A stretch of 63,303 nt of DNA, counting the filler, from Octopus bimaculoides (Eukaryota): the NCBI RefSeq assembly GCF_001194135.2. It is 5 parts of 4 records of this genome, joined end to end, with 100 filler letters (N's around TTAATTAATTAA, not from the genome) between each part and the next. Parts side by side here need not be neighbours in the genome. Positions count along the whole stretch, not along the records: positions 49,746 to 59,224 come from NC_068988.1; positions 59,325 to 63,303 come from NC_068996.1; 3 more parts are not named here. One strand, 5' to 3'. The translations under genes and the position numbers were made by a program. Position 1 is the first letter of the stretch; the number at the start of each line of letters is the position of its first letter. Positions 49,746 through 63,032 of this stretch are shown here, piece after piece. The notes beneath the pieces are model-generated. The model searched no databases, was not told the DNA's origin, and saw nothing but the letters and a program-made list of their open reading frames with translations.

Positions 49746-50053
49746 AGATAACTCGAATGTGGAATCTAAAAACAGAAACAATTCCTATCATAGTAGGTGC
49801 CTTAGGTATAATAAAAAAATATTCAGACAAATACATAACAAAAACACCAGGAGTTACAAATATATATAACATACAGAAAATTGCACTACTGGGTATTGCA
49901 CACATTCTACGCAAAACACTTTCAATACAGTAAACATAAGAGCACCACAGCAAACCACAGCACATACCCAAGGCGCAAAGAGCTGCGCTCGGTAGTGAAG
50001 TGAAAGCGCGTTATAAAAATAAAACTACTGAACAATAATAATAATAATAATAA
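49746..50053 (+). mobile_element. R4-like LINE 3' end with (TAA)n tail
   Basis: ITRMWNLKTETIPIIVGALGIIKK...IQKIALLGIAHILRKTLSIQ*. Confidence 0.8.
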
Positions 50054-50056
50054 TGC

Positions 50057-50640
50057 AACACACTTGGTAAGTGGATATGAGAGACTTGCACAAAAAGAAT
50101 ACAAGTGTCGCCACGACAGAATGTGTGTGCATCTTCATTGGTTCTTATGCCGTAAATACCAATATGAACTATCGGAGAACTGGTATGAGCATGTACCAAG
50201 TAAAGTTATGCAGGAGGATGGAAAAGTAAAGATACTCTGGGACTATGATTTTCAGTCGGATCGTGTAATCGGACACCGACGGCCGGATATTGTCACATTA
50301 CGTAAGAGAGACTAATACTGTCAGATCATTAATGTAGCCATACCAAATGACATGAATGTTGTGAGTAAAGAGCCTGAAAAAATCGCCAAGTACTCCGAAT
50401 GGAAACTCGAAATGGCAAGACTGTGTGGACTATGAGAGGGTAATGTAAATGTGATAACAGTGGTGATCAGAGTATTGGGCTCAATCCCATTGAAACTGCA
50501 TGACTTCTTAGAGCAACTGGAAATCCCATGTAGGACTGATGTCTTACAGAAAGCACACTTATTGGGTATATCTTAAGTAATGTGTTATCTGTCTGAAGTC
50601 CTTGTTGTGACCTAACAGATGACAAAAGACTCCAGTGAGT
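50057..50640 (+). mobile_element. R4-like LINE RLE domain fragment
   Basis: HLVSG...LAQKEYK.RHD..C..LHW.LC...KILWD...Q.DR.I.HRRPDIV...A.P.D...KE.EKI.KY. Confidence 0.85.
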
Positions 50641-51552
50641 AAAGAAGCGTGCTGACAATTCTGCCAGCTCGACGCCTTAGTAAAAATAATCTTTTCTACT
50701 GGAGGCACAAGGTCTCAAATTTGGTAGTAAGGGACTATTCGATTCCATAGATCCCAGTGTTTCACAGGTTCTTAATTTATCGACTCCGATAGGATGAAAG
50801 GCAAATTCGACCTCGCCGTAATTTGAACTCAGAACGGAGTGACGGGCGAAATACCGCTAAGCATTTTTCCCAGTGTGATAACGATTGTGCCAGCTCACCG
50901 CCTTAATAATAATGATAATGACAGCACTAGAAACTTCTGTGTGCGACATCACAGGCATTACTGTTGCACAAAGCCAGAGCAACATACTGTATAATTACAA
51001 ACAAATAATGACTGACTTTAACGAATACAGGTGTGTGAGATGGATACAGTGGTGGTAATATGTATTGTGGTAGGCGTAGCTGTTTCAGTAATATTGGTAA
51101 CGATGTTACAGATGACTGCCGCATAATAATACTGGAATTGGTTATTATTGTTGTAACTTTGCTTTGGTTGGTGGTGGGCGTTGTGTCTGCTTGGGGTGGC
51201 CTTTTGTGATGGTAGATGCGTTAGTACTTGTATTAGTTGATTGTAATTTAACAAGTGTTTTACTTTATTGATCCCTCTGGGATGAAATGAAACGTAAGAC
51301 GTTATCTCTGAATACTTTTCTACTAAGTTAAAATATACGCACACACTGCACCAGCACCGCACTTACACATGTGTAGTCATGAATACGTAGGTGCGTGTGT
51401 TTGATTGTGTGAGTGTATGTGTGGTACCTTGTTCTTATATGTGTATGTATATACATATACATATATGTAAATATATGTATATATGCATATGTACGTATAT
51501 TCATATATGTCCGTGTGTGTGTGGGTGGGTGGATGAGAGTGCGATTGTGTGC

Positions 51553-51616
<64 letters not shown>

Positions 51617-54299
51617 AGATAGATAGAGAGATAGATAGACAGATAGATGATAGAGAAGATAGATATCTATATACATATGTATATATATACGCATACATAT
51701 ATACAAATATATACATACATATATATATACATATATATATATATTATATATATATGATGTATATATATATATATACATATAATGTATATATATATATATA
51801 TATATATATCGATACATTCATACATACATGCATACATACATATATCCATATAAACTACGACGAATTTCAGNNNNNNNNNNNNNNNNNNNNNNNNNNNNNN
51901 NNNNNNNNNNNNNNNNNNNNNNNNNNNNNNNNNNNNNNNNNNNNNNNNNNNNNNNNNNNNNNNNNNNNNNNNNNNNNNNNNNNNNNNNNNNTATATATAT
52001 ATATATATATATATATCGATACATTCATACATACATGCATACATACATATATCCATATAAACTACGACGAATTTCAGATGACGCATTCACTGTGCTGATA
52101 AGCCGTACATTTCGTTTACAAGCCTTCGGGTTTGAAATAAATATTAGTCGTTATCGCTAAAGTTCGCTGTATGAAACCTGTTTATAGGTACACAGTGCGT
52201 AGGCATATTCTATAGCATAGTATAGCAGGGAAAATCGGTTCCAAACAATGGCATTATAACTAAATTCAAAAGCATATGTATGAATTAAATGAAGAGAGTT
52301 CATAAATTTCGTCGCTGTTTGTAAATGGGAGATTTTATTTTCCATGAACTCTTGCCCTGGAATTGTGGCTTCGTGAATAGACTAACCTGTGTGGAGACGT
52401 AACGAAATGATAGATTTATAGTCTGTTTAGACACATCACTTTTGATTGTATAACTAAACTGTAAACTCCTTTTAAGGAGGCTCTGATTTCTGAATCTGAT
52501 TGTTAGTTCCTATCTCGTTGATATTAACGTTGCCTTACATACCTTAATGGTGATTGGAAATATATGAGTCAAAAGCAGTTTGGTAGAATTGACTCGTATG
52601 TTTATCCGTGATGCATGATATTATATGTAATGATTCTGTGCATTTGAAAATTGTAAATTCTGCGCTGTAACCAAACGGTGACAATTCTGACAGGACTTGC
52701 AACTAACAGACTGTAATCACAAATTTCAAAGAAAAAGACAAAAGAAAACAAAAAAAAAATCAGAAAAATAACAGACAAAAAAAAATGAAAGAAAATATGG
52801 TTCTAGCGTTGTATCAACGTCCACCACTGACATTCCACACAAATATCTACTTTTTCTGTCACTGGATCTTTTTTACAGTCATAGGGGCGGAAATTGTGCG
52901 GTATGGGGTCTATCAGCGACCCCTGTGCTCAACTGGTATGTATTTCATTCACCCCGAAATGATAAAATGCTAAGTCGACTTCGGCGAATTTGAACTCAGA
53001 ATATAAAGATGGGCGAAATGCGGCTAACCATGCTACCCAATCCGCTACCGATCCGCCATCTTAAATAATAGTAAGCTTACCTTAGCACAAATTCACAGCA
53101 ATACACACATATATTTATATATATATATCAGTTAGTATTAGTTACGATATTTCGATAATAAAAAAGTTGAATGTATTTATATGTAATAATTTGCTACTAA
53201 ACCTATGAAAAGCTTACCGCCGAAAATAAAAGAATATTTTCTTTGATTTGCTGAGGGACAAATGTTTAAACTTAGTGAACGAACGCTGCTCTTACCGATG
53301 TCTGAAAAATTAATTCAATTAATCGACAGATTTTGAGTTGAAAACATAAGGTTTCGTTCAACAAGCTAACGATGATATTTAACGATATATATCTTTATAT
53401 AAGTAAATAAGTTTTGAATTAATAAATTACAAACTATTTTATTGCTGCTATGTGACATATAACTCATAATTTAACATGAAAGACGTAAATGATTGAACGA
53501 GAGAAAGTAATAAACTTACTTGAAATAAACTTACATATAACGTAAAATTTGTAACTCCAAAATCTTGTTAGACTTCACTGAATGGCATAATATGGTGGAC
53601 GATCGTCTGCGTCTTCCTTTCTTTTTTTCTTACGCTCACATTCTCTCTCTCTCTCTTTCTCTCTCTCCTTGTATATGTATGTATGTATGTATGTATGTGT
53701 GTATGTGTGTGCGTATATGTGTTTGTGTTTGTGTTTGAGCACCGTTCATTTTATAAGTCGTTTTAAGAAAAATATAAAGCATTTGCTAGATTATGTTTAA
53801 AGTTTTATATTTAAATCTTATTTCCTCCCTAATTTAATTAATATATCATGGTCTTATATACTTTAGTAATATTTTATTTATCTATAAGCATTCAATTCTT
53901 GTATTAAGAAGTATAGACTCCAAATAAGATTTAAGAAAACTGCTACGTTACTTTTGATTCCCACGCTAATCTTATAAATTCACATACCTATTTTATATTT
54001 ACTGGTTATATTAATATATTAAATGAAAACAGTCTAAAAGTTACCCAATGAAGCTTTGAGATGTTTTATGTGCATTTGGTATATCTATATACATTGTATG
54101 TGTGTCTTTGTTTTCATAAATTTATACATAGTATTAGCCGACAAAGAGCAATCAAGTATGATCGTATACAATAGTGTATTGCGTAAGCATTTAAAAGAGT
54201 AGAAGGTGAGGCTCCTTTCGGTCATGAACGAACATGGTAATATACCTGGACAGTTCCCCTTCGAGGCACAAGTCCAGGCAAGGTTGTTTTAGATAGCAA

Positions 54300-54740
54300 T
54301 ATATGTAAGAAAACCAGTGGTGCCTGCCCTAGGTACAGAAATAAAGACTAGAATATGATACAGAGAAAGAAAACAATGTGAACACATGGCACAAGGCCGA
54401 CAAGTATCAAGGAGTGATATTTGTAGAGGCCACAGCCCTTGGAGAACTAAGCTGAAGATTTAGGAAAGCTCTGAAAGAGACCAAACAAAACATTACGATC
54501 GCTGAAAATCCAGGGAGCTCCATCAGTTCACATTTATGTAGGGCTTACTCCTTGGAGAATATCACATGCACTAATGAGAACTGCATGGCATGTGAGATTA
54601 ACCCTGGCATTAAATGTAGAATTGGAAATATAGACTATAGCATAAGGTGCATAGAGGATGCTTGTAAAGACAAGAACATGACATACATTAGTGAGACAAC
54701 TAGAAGCATTGCGAAGACACTCTACAACATGCCAAAGACC
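54300..54740 (+). mobile_element. Penelope-like (Neptune-like) linker and GIY-YIG remnant
   Basis: GVIFVEATALGEL...IAENPG then C...C..C......C.I.NIDY.I.C....C......YISETTRS. Confidence 0.7.
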
Positions 54741-54970
54741 AACATGGAGGGACACAGGATCAATTTCACACCCTCATTTTATCCAAGTACCCGAAAGACC
54801 CAAAACTCTGACAAATACAAGAGTACGTCCTCATACATGATACACCCCTCCCCCATATTAAATAGGAGATACACGTAGAAGGTAGTGATAGCCAAATACT
54901 GATCTATGTGTGTGAGCTTGTCTGTATTACCTATGTACTTATCTGTTTACTTTTCTATCTGTTTACTTAC

Positions 54971-55019
<49 letters not shown>

Positions 55020-55732
55020 AATATATATTAATAGTTATCGCCAAGCCAACATGGCAGTCCCAAAATTAGGACGAAAGCTGCCGTGAATTAGCTCCAAGAA
55101 GCCATCGCCTCTAGCTAGCTATGTGACACACGAAACCTGTGTCCTTTATAAACTTCGAACAGGGCAGGTCAGTAGTGTCCCCTTGCTGGTTTGGCATCTG
55201 CAGACTANNNNNNNNNNNNNNNNNNNNNNNNNNNNNNNNNNNNNNNNNNNNNNNNNNNNNNNNNNNNNNNNNNNNNNNNNNNNNNNNNNNNNNNNNNNNN
55301 NNNNNNNNNNNNNNNNNNNNNNNNNNNNNNNNNNNNNNNNNNNNNNNNNNNNNNNNNNNNNNNNNNNNNNNNNNNNNNNNNNNNNNNNNNNNNNNNNNNN
55401 NNNNNNNNNNNNNNNNNNNNNNNNNNNNNNNNNNNNNNNNNNNNNNNNNNNNNNNNNNNNNNNNNNNNNNNNNNNNNNNNNNNNNNNNNNNNNNNNNNNN
55501 NNNNNNNNNNNNNNNNNNNNNNNNNNNNNNNNNNNNNNNNNNNNNNNNNNNNNNNNNNNNNNNNNNNNNNNNNNNNNNNNNNNNNNNNNNNNNNNNNNNN
55601 NNNNNNNNNNNNNNNNNNNNNNNNNNNNNNNNNNNNNNNNNNNNNNNNNNNNNNNNNNNNNNNNNNNNNNNNNNNNNNNNNNNNNNNNNNNNNNNNNNNN
55701 NNNNNNNNNNNNNTTTCTATCTGTTTACTTAC

Positions 55733-55796
<64 letters not shown>

Positions 55797-56097
55797 GCAT
55801 ATACATTTGTATTTGTATCTGCGGTTGTCCCCCACCCGGATAATTTCGGTAAGAATCAGCTATAACTACAGTTTATAGTTTATTTCAGTTTTTCCGCCAC
55901 GTTTTAATAGTTTTGAAAAGCCATATGTTACCGCAAACGCTCTCACAGGCTAACATTAAAGTCTAAGGCTTTAAAATATTCTCCTTTTCCTTTACATATC
56001 TTTACCCTAATCAATCATCGAACTACAACCACGTTCCCTCTGCTTGTCTAATCTCTGTCTCTCTCTGTCTCTCTGTCTCTGTGTGTGTGTGTGTCTC

Positions 56098-56132
<35 letters not shown>

Positions 56133-56337
56133 GACTCTCTCTCTCTCTCTCTCTCTATCTGTGTCTGTCTGTCTGTCTCTCTCTCACTTACTTTCCTTAC
56201 CCATTAGATTTAGAATTCTAAGGACACTCTTCTGATCTCAACGTTTTGAGCTAACACAGTTTACTGTAGGAAATATTTAGGAATCGATAAAATTAGTACT
56301 GCTCATAGAACCAGTCACAATAAAATAATATAATATA

Positions 56338-56502
56338 GGCGCAGGAGTGGCTGTGTAGTAAGTAGCTTGCTTACCAACCACATGGTTTCCGGTTCAGTTC
56401 CATTGCGTGTCAGCATGGACAAGTGTGTTCTACTATAACCTCGGGCCGACCAAAGCCTTGTGAGTGGATTTGGTAGACGGAAACTGAAAGAAGCCCGTCG
56501 TG

Positions 56503-56549
<47 letters not shown>

Positions 56550-56735
56550 NNNNNNNNNNACATCGCTTGATAACCGATGCTGGCGTGTTTACGTCCCCGT
56601 AACTTAGCGGTTCGGCAAAATGGACCGAATGGACTATGCTTATAAAGAATAAGTCCTGGGGTCGATTTGCTCGACTAAAGGCGGTGCTCCAGCATGGCCC
56701 CAGTCAAATGACTGAAAGAAGTAAATGAGTAAACG
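56338..56735 (+). mobile_element. SINE family 1, full length
   Basis: Complete head ggcgcaggagtggctgtg..., body, (TA)n insert and tail. Confidence 0.9.
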
Positions 56736-57484
56736 AGTAATATATATAGCGTGCGGTCTCACAGCTTTCCGTGTAGAATATATTTTGTTTCTCTTTCCAA
56801 CTGATTCTGTTTCCCACTGTTGCACGAGACAGATATCCAGAGAGGAAATATGTACATTAGCTACGATGTATAGAACTTTTTAATTTTCATGGATTTGACT
56901 ATTTATTTATTTACTTATTTACTTATTTATCAATTTATATTTTTACCTTCCACCCTTTTTTTTTTCTACCTGAAGGGGAGGAATAACTATAGCTGTTTAC
57001 ATTTTTTTCTCTATAATGCAGTAGAAATTTTCATTATTTTTGTCCGTAGGCTCAGACCCAGTATAATTTTTATGCGGGGGGAAATGTGATTCTGAAATTG
57101 ATATACTCCCTAACAGCATTGTCTTCTCCAATAAATTAAAATGTCTGCAATAGGAAATTGAAATCGTTTCACAGTTTTACATTTGTCCAAAACGTATGAA
57201 AAACTTATATTTTCCACCTGTCGGCAACAACAAAATTGTTGCCGAACTTTTACGAACGATTCCAGCTGACTACTATGATGAGCACGAGCAGATTGTCTTT
57301 GAGTTTTCTTGGGGGTATTAAAAAATGGTTCCTCGACACCTTCCTTAGGGTTAGATTTTGATTTACAAAATTTCTTATAATGAGTAGCTTAGATTTTGAT
57401 AGAGGGCTGATAAAGTGTGTGTGTGTGAGTGAAAGGGAGAGAGAGAGAGTATTTGTGTGTGTGAGACAGACATAGAGGCAGAGG

Positions 57485-57540
<56 letters not shown>

Positions 57541-57902
57541 ATAGTAGTAGTAGTAGACGAAGTAGATTCGATTCCGCTACTTGACCAGTATATATTCCCC
57601 CTAAATGTTAAAGTTGCACTTGGCGGGATTTGAACTCAGATTACAAAAGTCTAGACCATATAGGACAAAGGCTTTCTTTCAAGGAATCTATTGCTCTTAG
57701 ATTAGTTTTTTCCTTGGGGGCTGGCCAAATTGGAGGAGCAATCTCGAGTATAATCAGCCGAAATTGCAAAGATACTCTGGTACTCGACTTCGAATGACCC
57801 GTCCTTGTTTTCTTTGTTTCTTTGTATCGTATATCTGGATGTTTTGTTGGCCAATTTTTGTATCACCTAACTGTCCGGATGTTTGGCATTCTTGTCCCAT
57901 TT

Positions 57903-57949
<47 letters not shown>

Positions 57950-58289
57950 CCGCTAAATTTACATCTTTTTTATTCTCTCTGTTTATTTTCTCATTCCTTT
58001 CTGTTGAATAGCGTAGGCTCGAAACGTAAAAGACTTTCTCATTTTCTCCAGCGTCAAACTAATACTCTTGTTTGTTGTTCATGCACCTGTTTTCGTCTTG
58101 AGGGCTTTGTGTATGCTTGGTATATACCTACAAGTATAGAGTAAGTGCCTGATCTAGTTTCTGCACTCATGATTTGGGGATGGGTAAAATAAATACCGTT
58201 TAGGCATTGGGGTCTATTTTATTTACTAAACTAAATCATCACCGTCCTTAATTCTCTTACACTTTTAGTAACTTTTTGAACATTTGAAG

Positions 58290-58620
58290 TCACCGACAAT
58301 ATTCTGTCTGCATTAAACAGATTACTTTTGAACCGCAATATTGCAGTTGTAGCGGTGACTTTTACATTTAACAAACCTCCGCTTTTTACATTTCTTGGTA
58401 GTTAGAGCGTCCTGGTCCTACTTTTAGTATGGTTTGAGTTGCGCATTGTGAACAAAGTATAGTTCTATCTAAGTTGTGCATCTCAAACTTTACCCATTTT
58501 AGAAAAGGAGAGAAGTATTTTAATACCGACATAGTCTATGTATTTACTGCTTCGATAATTTCCGCTCCATTCAATTTCTTCTTTCGAGAACCTTCCTAAT
58601 TCTTCTTTTGTGCTCTTTGG
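58290..58620 (-). mobile_element. R4-like LINE post-RT fragment
   Basis: EHKRRIRKVL...LNG..II.AVNT...SVLKY....L.W...E...LDR. Confidence 0.65.
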
Positions 58621-59177
58621 AAATTTTCTCTATCATTTCTTCTTCAATTATCGTATCGACGTGTACCACCACCACAAGTATTTCCAGCATTCACTTTTCC
58701 TATGTAACATCAATTTTGATGCCACTGCTTTGTTGTTGTTGCTGTTTTTAGACTATGGTAATTTGGCACATTCGAACTTTAAAAGTTTCTTATCTGTTAT
58801 CTGCACATACGCACACGCAATGTACTCACAAACAAAATATATGTTCGTTGTCAGTACATTTATTATTATTATTTTCTATGTAAAGACAAACAGTTACGTA
58901 CAACTTAATGATTATTCTGGTATACACAATACACAAAAACACGGAGCATAATTCGACAAAACAATTTAAACGCCGAATTTATAATACTTGATGTAAGGAA
59001 ATAATTAAACACGCGAATCACAACATACATAATTAAGCAATATACAGACATAGTTATGTATATGTGTATGTATACATGTATGTATACATGCATATATGCA
59101 TGTGTGTGTATACACGTATGTATATATATAAATTTTACATATGTATATAAATGTATCTATATATAAATGTATATATA

Positions 59178-59224
<47 letters not shown>

Positions 59225-59268
59225 NNNNNNNNNNNNNNNNNNNNNNNNNNNNNNNNNNNNNNNNNNNN

Positions 59269-59280
59269 TTAATTAATTAA
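59269..59280. other. Artificial scaffold-join spacer
   Basis: TTAATTAATTAA within a 100-bp N block. Confidence 0.92.
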
Positions 59281-59415
59281 NNNNNNNNNNNNNNNNNNNN
59301 NNNNNNNNNNNNNNNNNNNNNNNNTATAATATGACAACAAAAGAATGAATGAGACCTCGATGTTATGTAAAATAGAGGAGTTTATCTATAAATATTATGT
59401 GACAATTAGTTGGTT

Positions 59416-59486
59416 GTCATAATAAAACTCAGAGTTTCGGATGCCGAGGCTGAAGTCTGCTCCGGCATCTCATCAGTTATTAAGAC
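59416..59486 (-). ncRNA. Type I hammerhead ribozyme motif, best formed in the window
   Basis: gtcttaataa-CTGATGA-gatgccggag cagacttcagc ctcggcatcc-GAAA-ctctgag-TT-ttattatgac: stem I 9 of 10 bp, long stem II, near-palindromic stem III. Confidence 0.78.
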
Positions 59487-60429
59487 AATCGCTATGAAAA
59501 AAAGCGTTGAATAAAGGGAAATTACTCCAATAGGCATGGGGAAAGTAATACTTCATTCATAGAACCCGCATATGCACACATATACACACACACATACACG
59601 TACACACACACACACACACATGTATGTATATGTATCTATATATATACTCACACATGAGTATACTTATATGTACAAACACATATATACATGTTTGTCTACG
59701 CATACACGCACATACACACGCATATATACCCATGCACATATTACTACGTTCATAATACATCTCTACACGCACACACACATACATATGCGGATATACAAAA
59801 CGTAGTTTATACGCACATGCATATACATATGCGGAAAAACGTATATACAAATAAAAACACATACGCAAAAACGCGGGTATCATTATGTTCATATACACAT
59901 CTCTATATGTATATACACATACATACGCGGATATACAAAACGTAGTCTAAACGCACATGCATATACATACGCGGATAGACGTATATACAAATAAAAATAC
60001 ATTCGCAAAAACATAAACCGTAAAACATTCACATTCACCGCAAAACTTGAATATACAAATGAGTTACATATGTATATACATAAATACACCCTCCTGGCTG
60101 TCAAACACATCTACACCTGCAGATATATAAACCTATATACATACATATACATATATGTATGAAGGAAGGAGACAAGTACAACAGGTAGAGTCTTACACAA
60201 ACATTTGTACAATCATTTGTACACATGTATATATACACGCACATACACATTAGATATATACTACAAGCGACACAATTATAAAGGGTGAAAAATAATATAC
60301 AGAAAAATATATAAAGTAATAAAATATATATAAGAAATATATAAAAGATGTTAAGACATATGAAAGGCTTGTCCGTGGACATAATATAAAAGCAGGTTCT
60401 ATCTGTGATCTTATGGGGTTCAAAAACGT

Positions 60430-61090
60430 AGCAAATGTTTTGCCATATGTGGACATGACCCAAAAAGTTCAATTATTGAATTTAGACATGTAGCGGGGTC
60501 TAAAGAACTTTTCCAGATCAGCCATCTTTCCATATCGCAAAGACTGCACTTTCACTGCAGTTGGTGTAAGGCTTACACTTGGCCAAGATCTTCCAGTGAA
60601 CCTTTTAGTTGGCACCTTTTTCTTTTAAGGACCATATACAACTGGATAATTTGGTTGTTTTCCTTTTATCTCAGTGTCTGAAGCTTAAGGTGTGATTGTT
60701 GAACCTGGCTTTAAAATTTCCCTCTGTGAGACTCACATATTTCTTTGACGAAACTATGACCTTAGTGGTTGTAAAATCTACGGTGGCTTCATAAATGATG
60801 ACCCGGTCATACAAGCTCCATTTAGCGGGCACGATTTTTTAACTCTGCAGGAACAGCCGGTTTCATTTTGTTGTATTTGTTTGTTGTGTGCAATTATATT
60901 TTTAAAGTTAGTAGGAGAACTAAAATTAATTTTTAAGTCGTGCCTATTAAAGAGCATTCTATAACTATGATTCACTGGAAATGCCTATCTATAAGTGATA
61001 AGAAATATCTACCTATATTAAAGATCACTTCGAGAGAGTAAGGTGGTGTGAACCAGATAATTTTCCTATTCCTATTTTACCTTTTCTTTG
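60430..61090 (-). mobile_element. Penelope-clade element: linker plus complete but frameshifted GIY-YIG domain
   Basis: RKIIWFTPPYS...NIGRYFLSLIDRHFP..H....FNRH, CSCRVKKSCPLNGAC, IYEATV, KARFNNHTLSF, HWKILAKCKPY, CSLC..E..LI. Confidence 0.88.
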
Positions 61091-61099
61091 TTACTGGAC

Positions 61100-61347
61100 T
61101 ATATATATAGTGGTTGTCTACTCCTTATGCGGAGTCTAACCACTTCTTGTACTTACACCTTAGATCCATCATGACGTCTGATGTGGCATTTTAAACGAGA
61201 CAATGTATTGAAAAGGCACCTGCATAGATTGAATGTCTAATTTGGACCACCAAGAGCTGCAGTTAAGTTCTGATCTTTGTGGATGTTAAAATGCCTTTTG
61301 AGGCTACCGTTAGATTTGCAGATCTTATGGTATACACAGCATTGAAA
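61100..61347 (-). mobile_element. Probable LINE 3' end with two C2H2-like fingers, 3' stem-loop and (TA)n tail
   Basis: FQCCVYHKICKSNGSLKRHFNIH...*TFNLCRCLFNTLSRLKCHIRRH..*, then hairpin 61110-61143 and a TA run. Confidence 0.55.
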
Positions 61348-61433
61348 ACCACACACAGATGCAATGAATGCGTACAGGACGTCACCAACGGTGCAAATAA
61401 CGTGAAATACGTAAACAAGCGAGTAAAAAACGA

Positions 61434-61473
<40 letters not shown>

Positions 61474-61483
61474 GTTATTCTTC

Positions 61484-61759
61484 TTTTCTTTTGTTTCAGT
61501 CATTTGACAACGGCCATGCTGGAGCACCGCCTTTAGTCGAGCAAATCGGCCCCAGGNNNNNNNNNNNNNNNNNNNNNNNNNNNNNNNNNNNNNNNNNNNN
61601 NNNNNNNNNNNNNNNNNNNNNNNNNNNNNNNNNNNNNNNNNNNNNNNNNNNNNNNNNNNNNNNNNNNNNNNNNNNNNNNNNNNNNNNNNNNNNNNNNNNN
61701 NNNNNNNNNNNNNNNNNNNNNNNNNNNNNNNNNNNNNNNNNNNNNNNNNNNNNNNNNNN

Positions 61760-61791
<32 letters not shown>

Positions 61792-61935
61792 TGGGCTTCT
61801 TTCAGTTTCCGTCTACCAAATCCACTCACAAGGCTTTGGTCGGCCCGAGGCTATAGTAGAAGACACTTGCCCAAGGTGCCATGCAGTGGGACTGAACCTG
61901 GAACCATGTGGTTAGTAAGCAAGCTACTTATCACA
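61484..61935 (-). mobile_element. SINE family 1 split by an N gap
   Basis: Tail at 61484-61556 and head/body at 61790-61935. Confidence 0.85.
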
Positions 61936-62098
61936 ATAAATGAAAGTGAAATAAGCTTAGATAGATGACTCAGAGTAGTGCTCAAATTGATAGGAATGAT
62001 AACTCAAACCTCTTTAGCCAGGCATCGAAACTTAGCGCTAAGAACAATACTTATCGAGCTGTTATGGGGTTAGTAATGTAGATTAATGCACATAGGTT

Positions 62099-62560
62099 TG
62101 AGATGAATATTTACATGGAGCACAAAAACTACGGATTACAAAATAAAATAAAAACAAAGCAGGACAGAAGAATTGTGTAAAGTCTTATCTCGACAGCTGT
62201 TTCAAGACAGCCATAGCTTACATAAAAGTCATATCTATACATACTATGTGCATGACGTCATATGTGTGTGTCCCGATAAAAATATTTAAGTTAAGTGTTC
62301 CTTCTCATATGCCACTTTGCTCTTAAGATGAGATACTTAATTTACTTTAGTTTCATCGAAGCTTGTTGCAGGGCACACATCTGTGACATGAGACACATAA
62401 TGCGTATGATTACGGTTATTTTGTAAGTAATGGCTGCTTTGAAACAGCTGTAGAAATAAGACTTTACGTAATTCTTCTGTTCTATTTTTTTTTTTGGGGG
62501 GGGGGGTTCCTCGTTGTTCTGTAATCTGAATTTTGTGCTCCATGTAAATATATTTCTCGA
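62099..62560. mobile_element. Inverted-repeat element, probable PLE inverted pLTR relic
   Basis: Arms about 62099-62230 and 62418-62560 are diverged reverse complements; both contain GAAAcagctgT(A/C). Confidence 0.6.
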
Positions 62561-62680
62561 TTCTACCTATGTTTATCTACTTTCCTACCTCCATTCTATC
62601 TATCATATATGTGTGCGTATGAATGTGTGTGTGTGTGTATGTGTGGGGATGCGTGTGAGTGTAGATGTATACACAGACAA

Positions 62681-62745
<65 letters not shown>

Positions 62746-63032
62746 TAGATAGATAGATCTAGACACATAAACATATTCCCATACATTTGCAAAACTTACG
62801 TATGTGTATGTGTGAATATGTATGTAAAAGTGTGTATACGAATACCTGCATGCATATATGTATGACGAAACAAAAGAAAGTCACGGAAGAAAATGTCATA
62901 AATTACTTTGGAGATGTCGCATTTCATTTAATTACTGTAAATTATACCTGAATAAAGTCACTTATCAAAAGACAATATGTGACTCGAAGAACAATGACGA
63001 AACAGCTTTTATTTATATACATTTCTCTAAGC

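Noticed and set aside
51795-52080. About 75-bp direct repeat either side of an N gap (similar cases at 54950-55790 and 12800-12890)
   Set aside because: Most likely overlapping contig ends left unmerged by the assembler.
59757-59995. Diverged tandem duplication of about 140 bp, superficially repeat-spacer-like
   Set aside because: Only two low-complexity units with no unique spacers and a eukaryotic context; not CRISPR-like.
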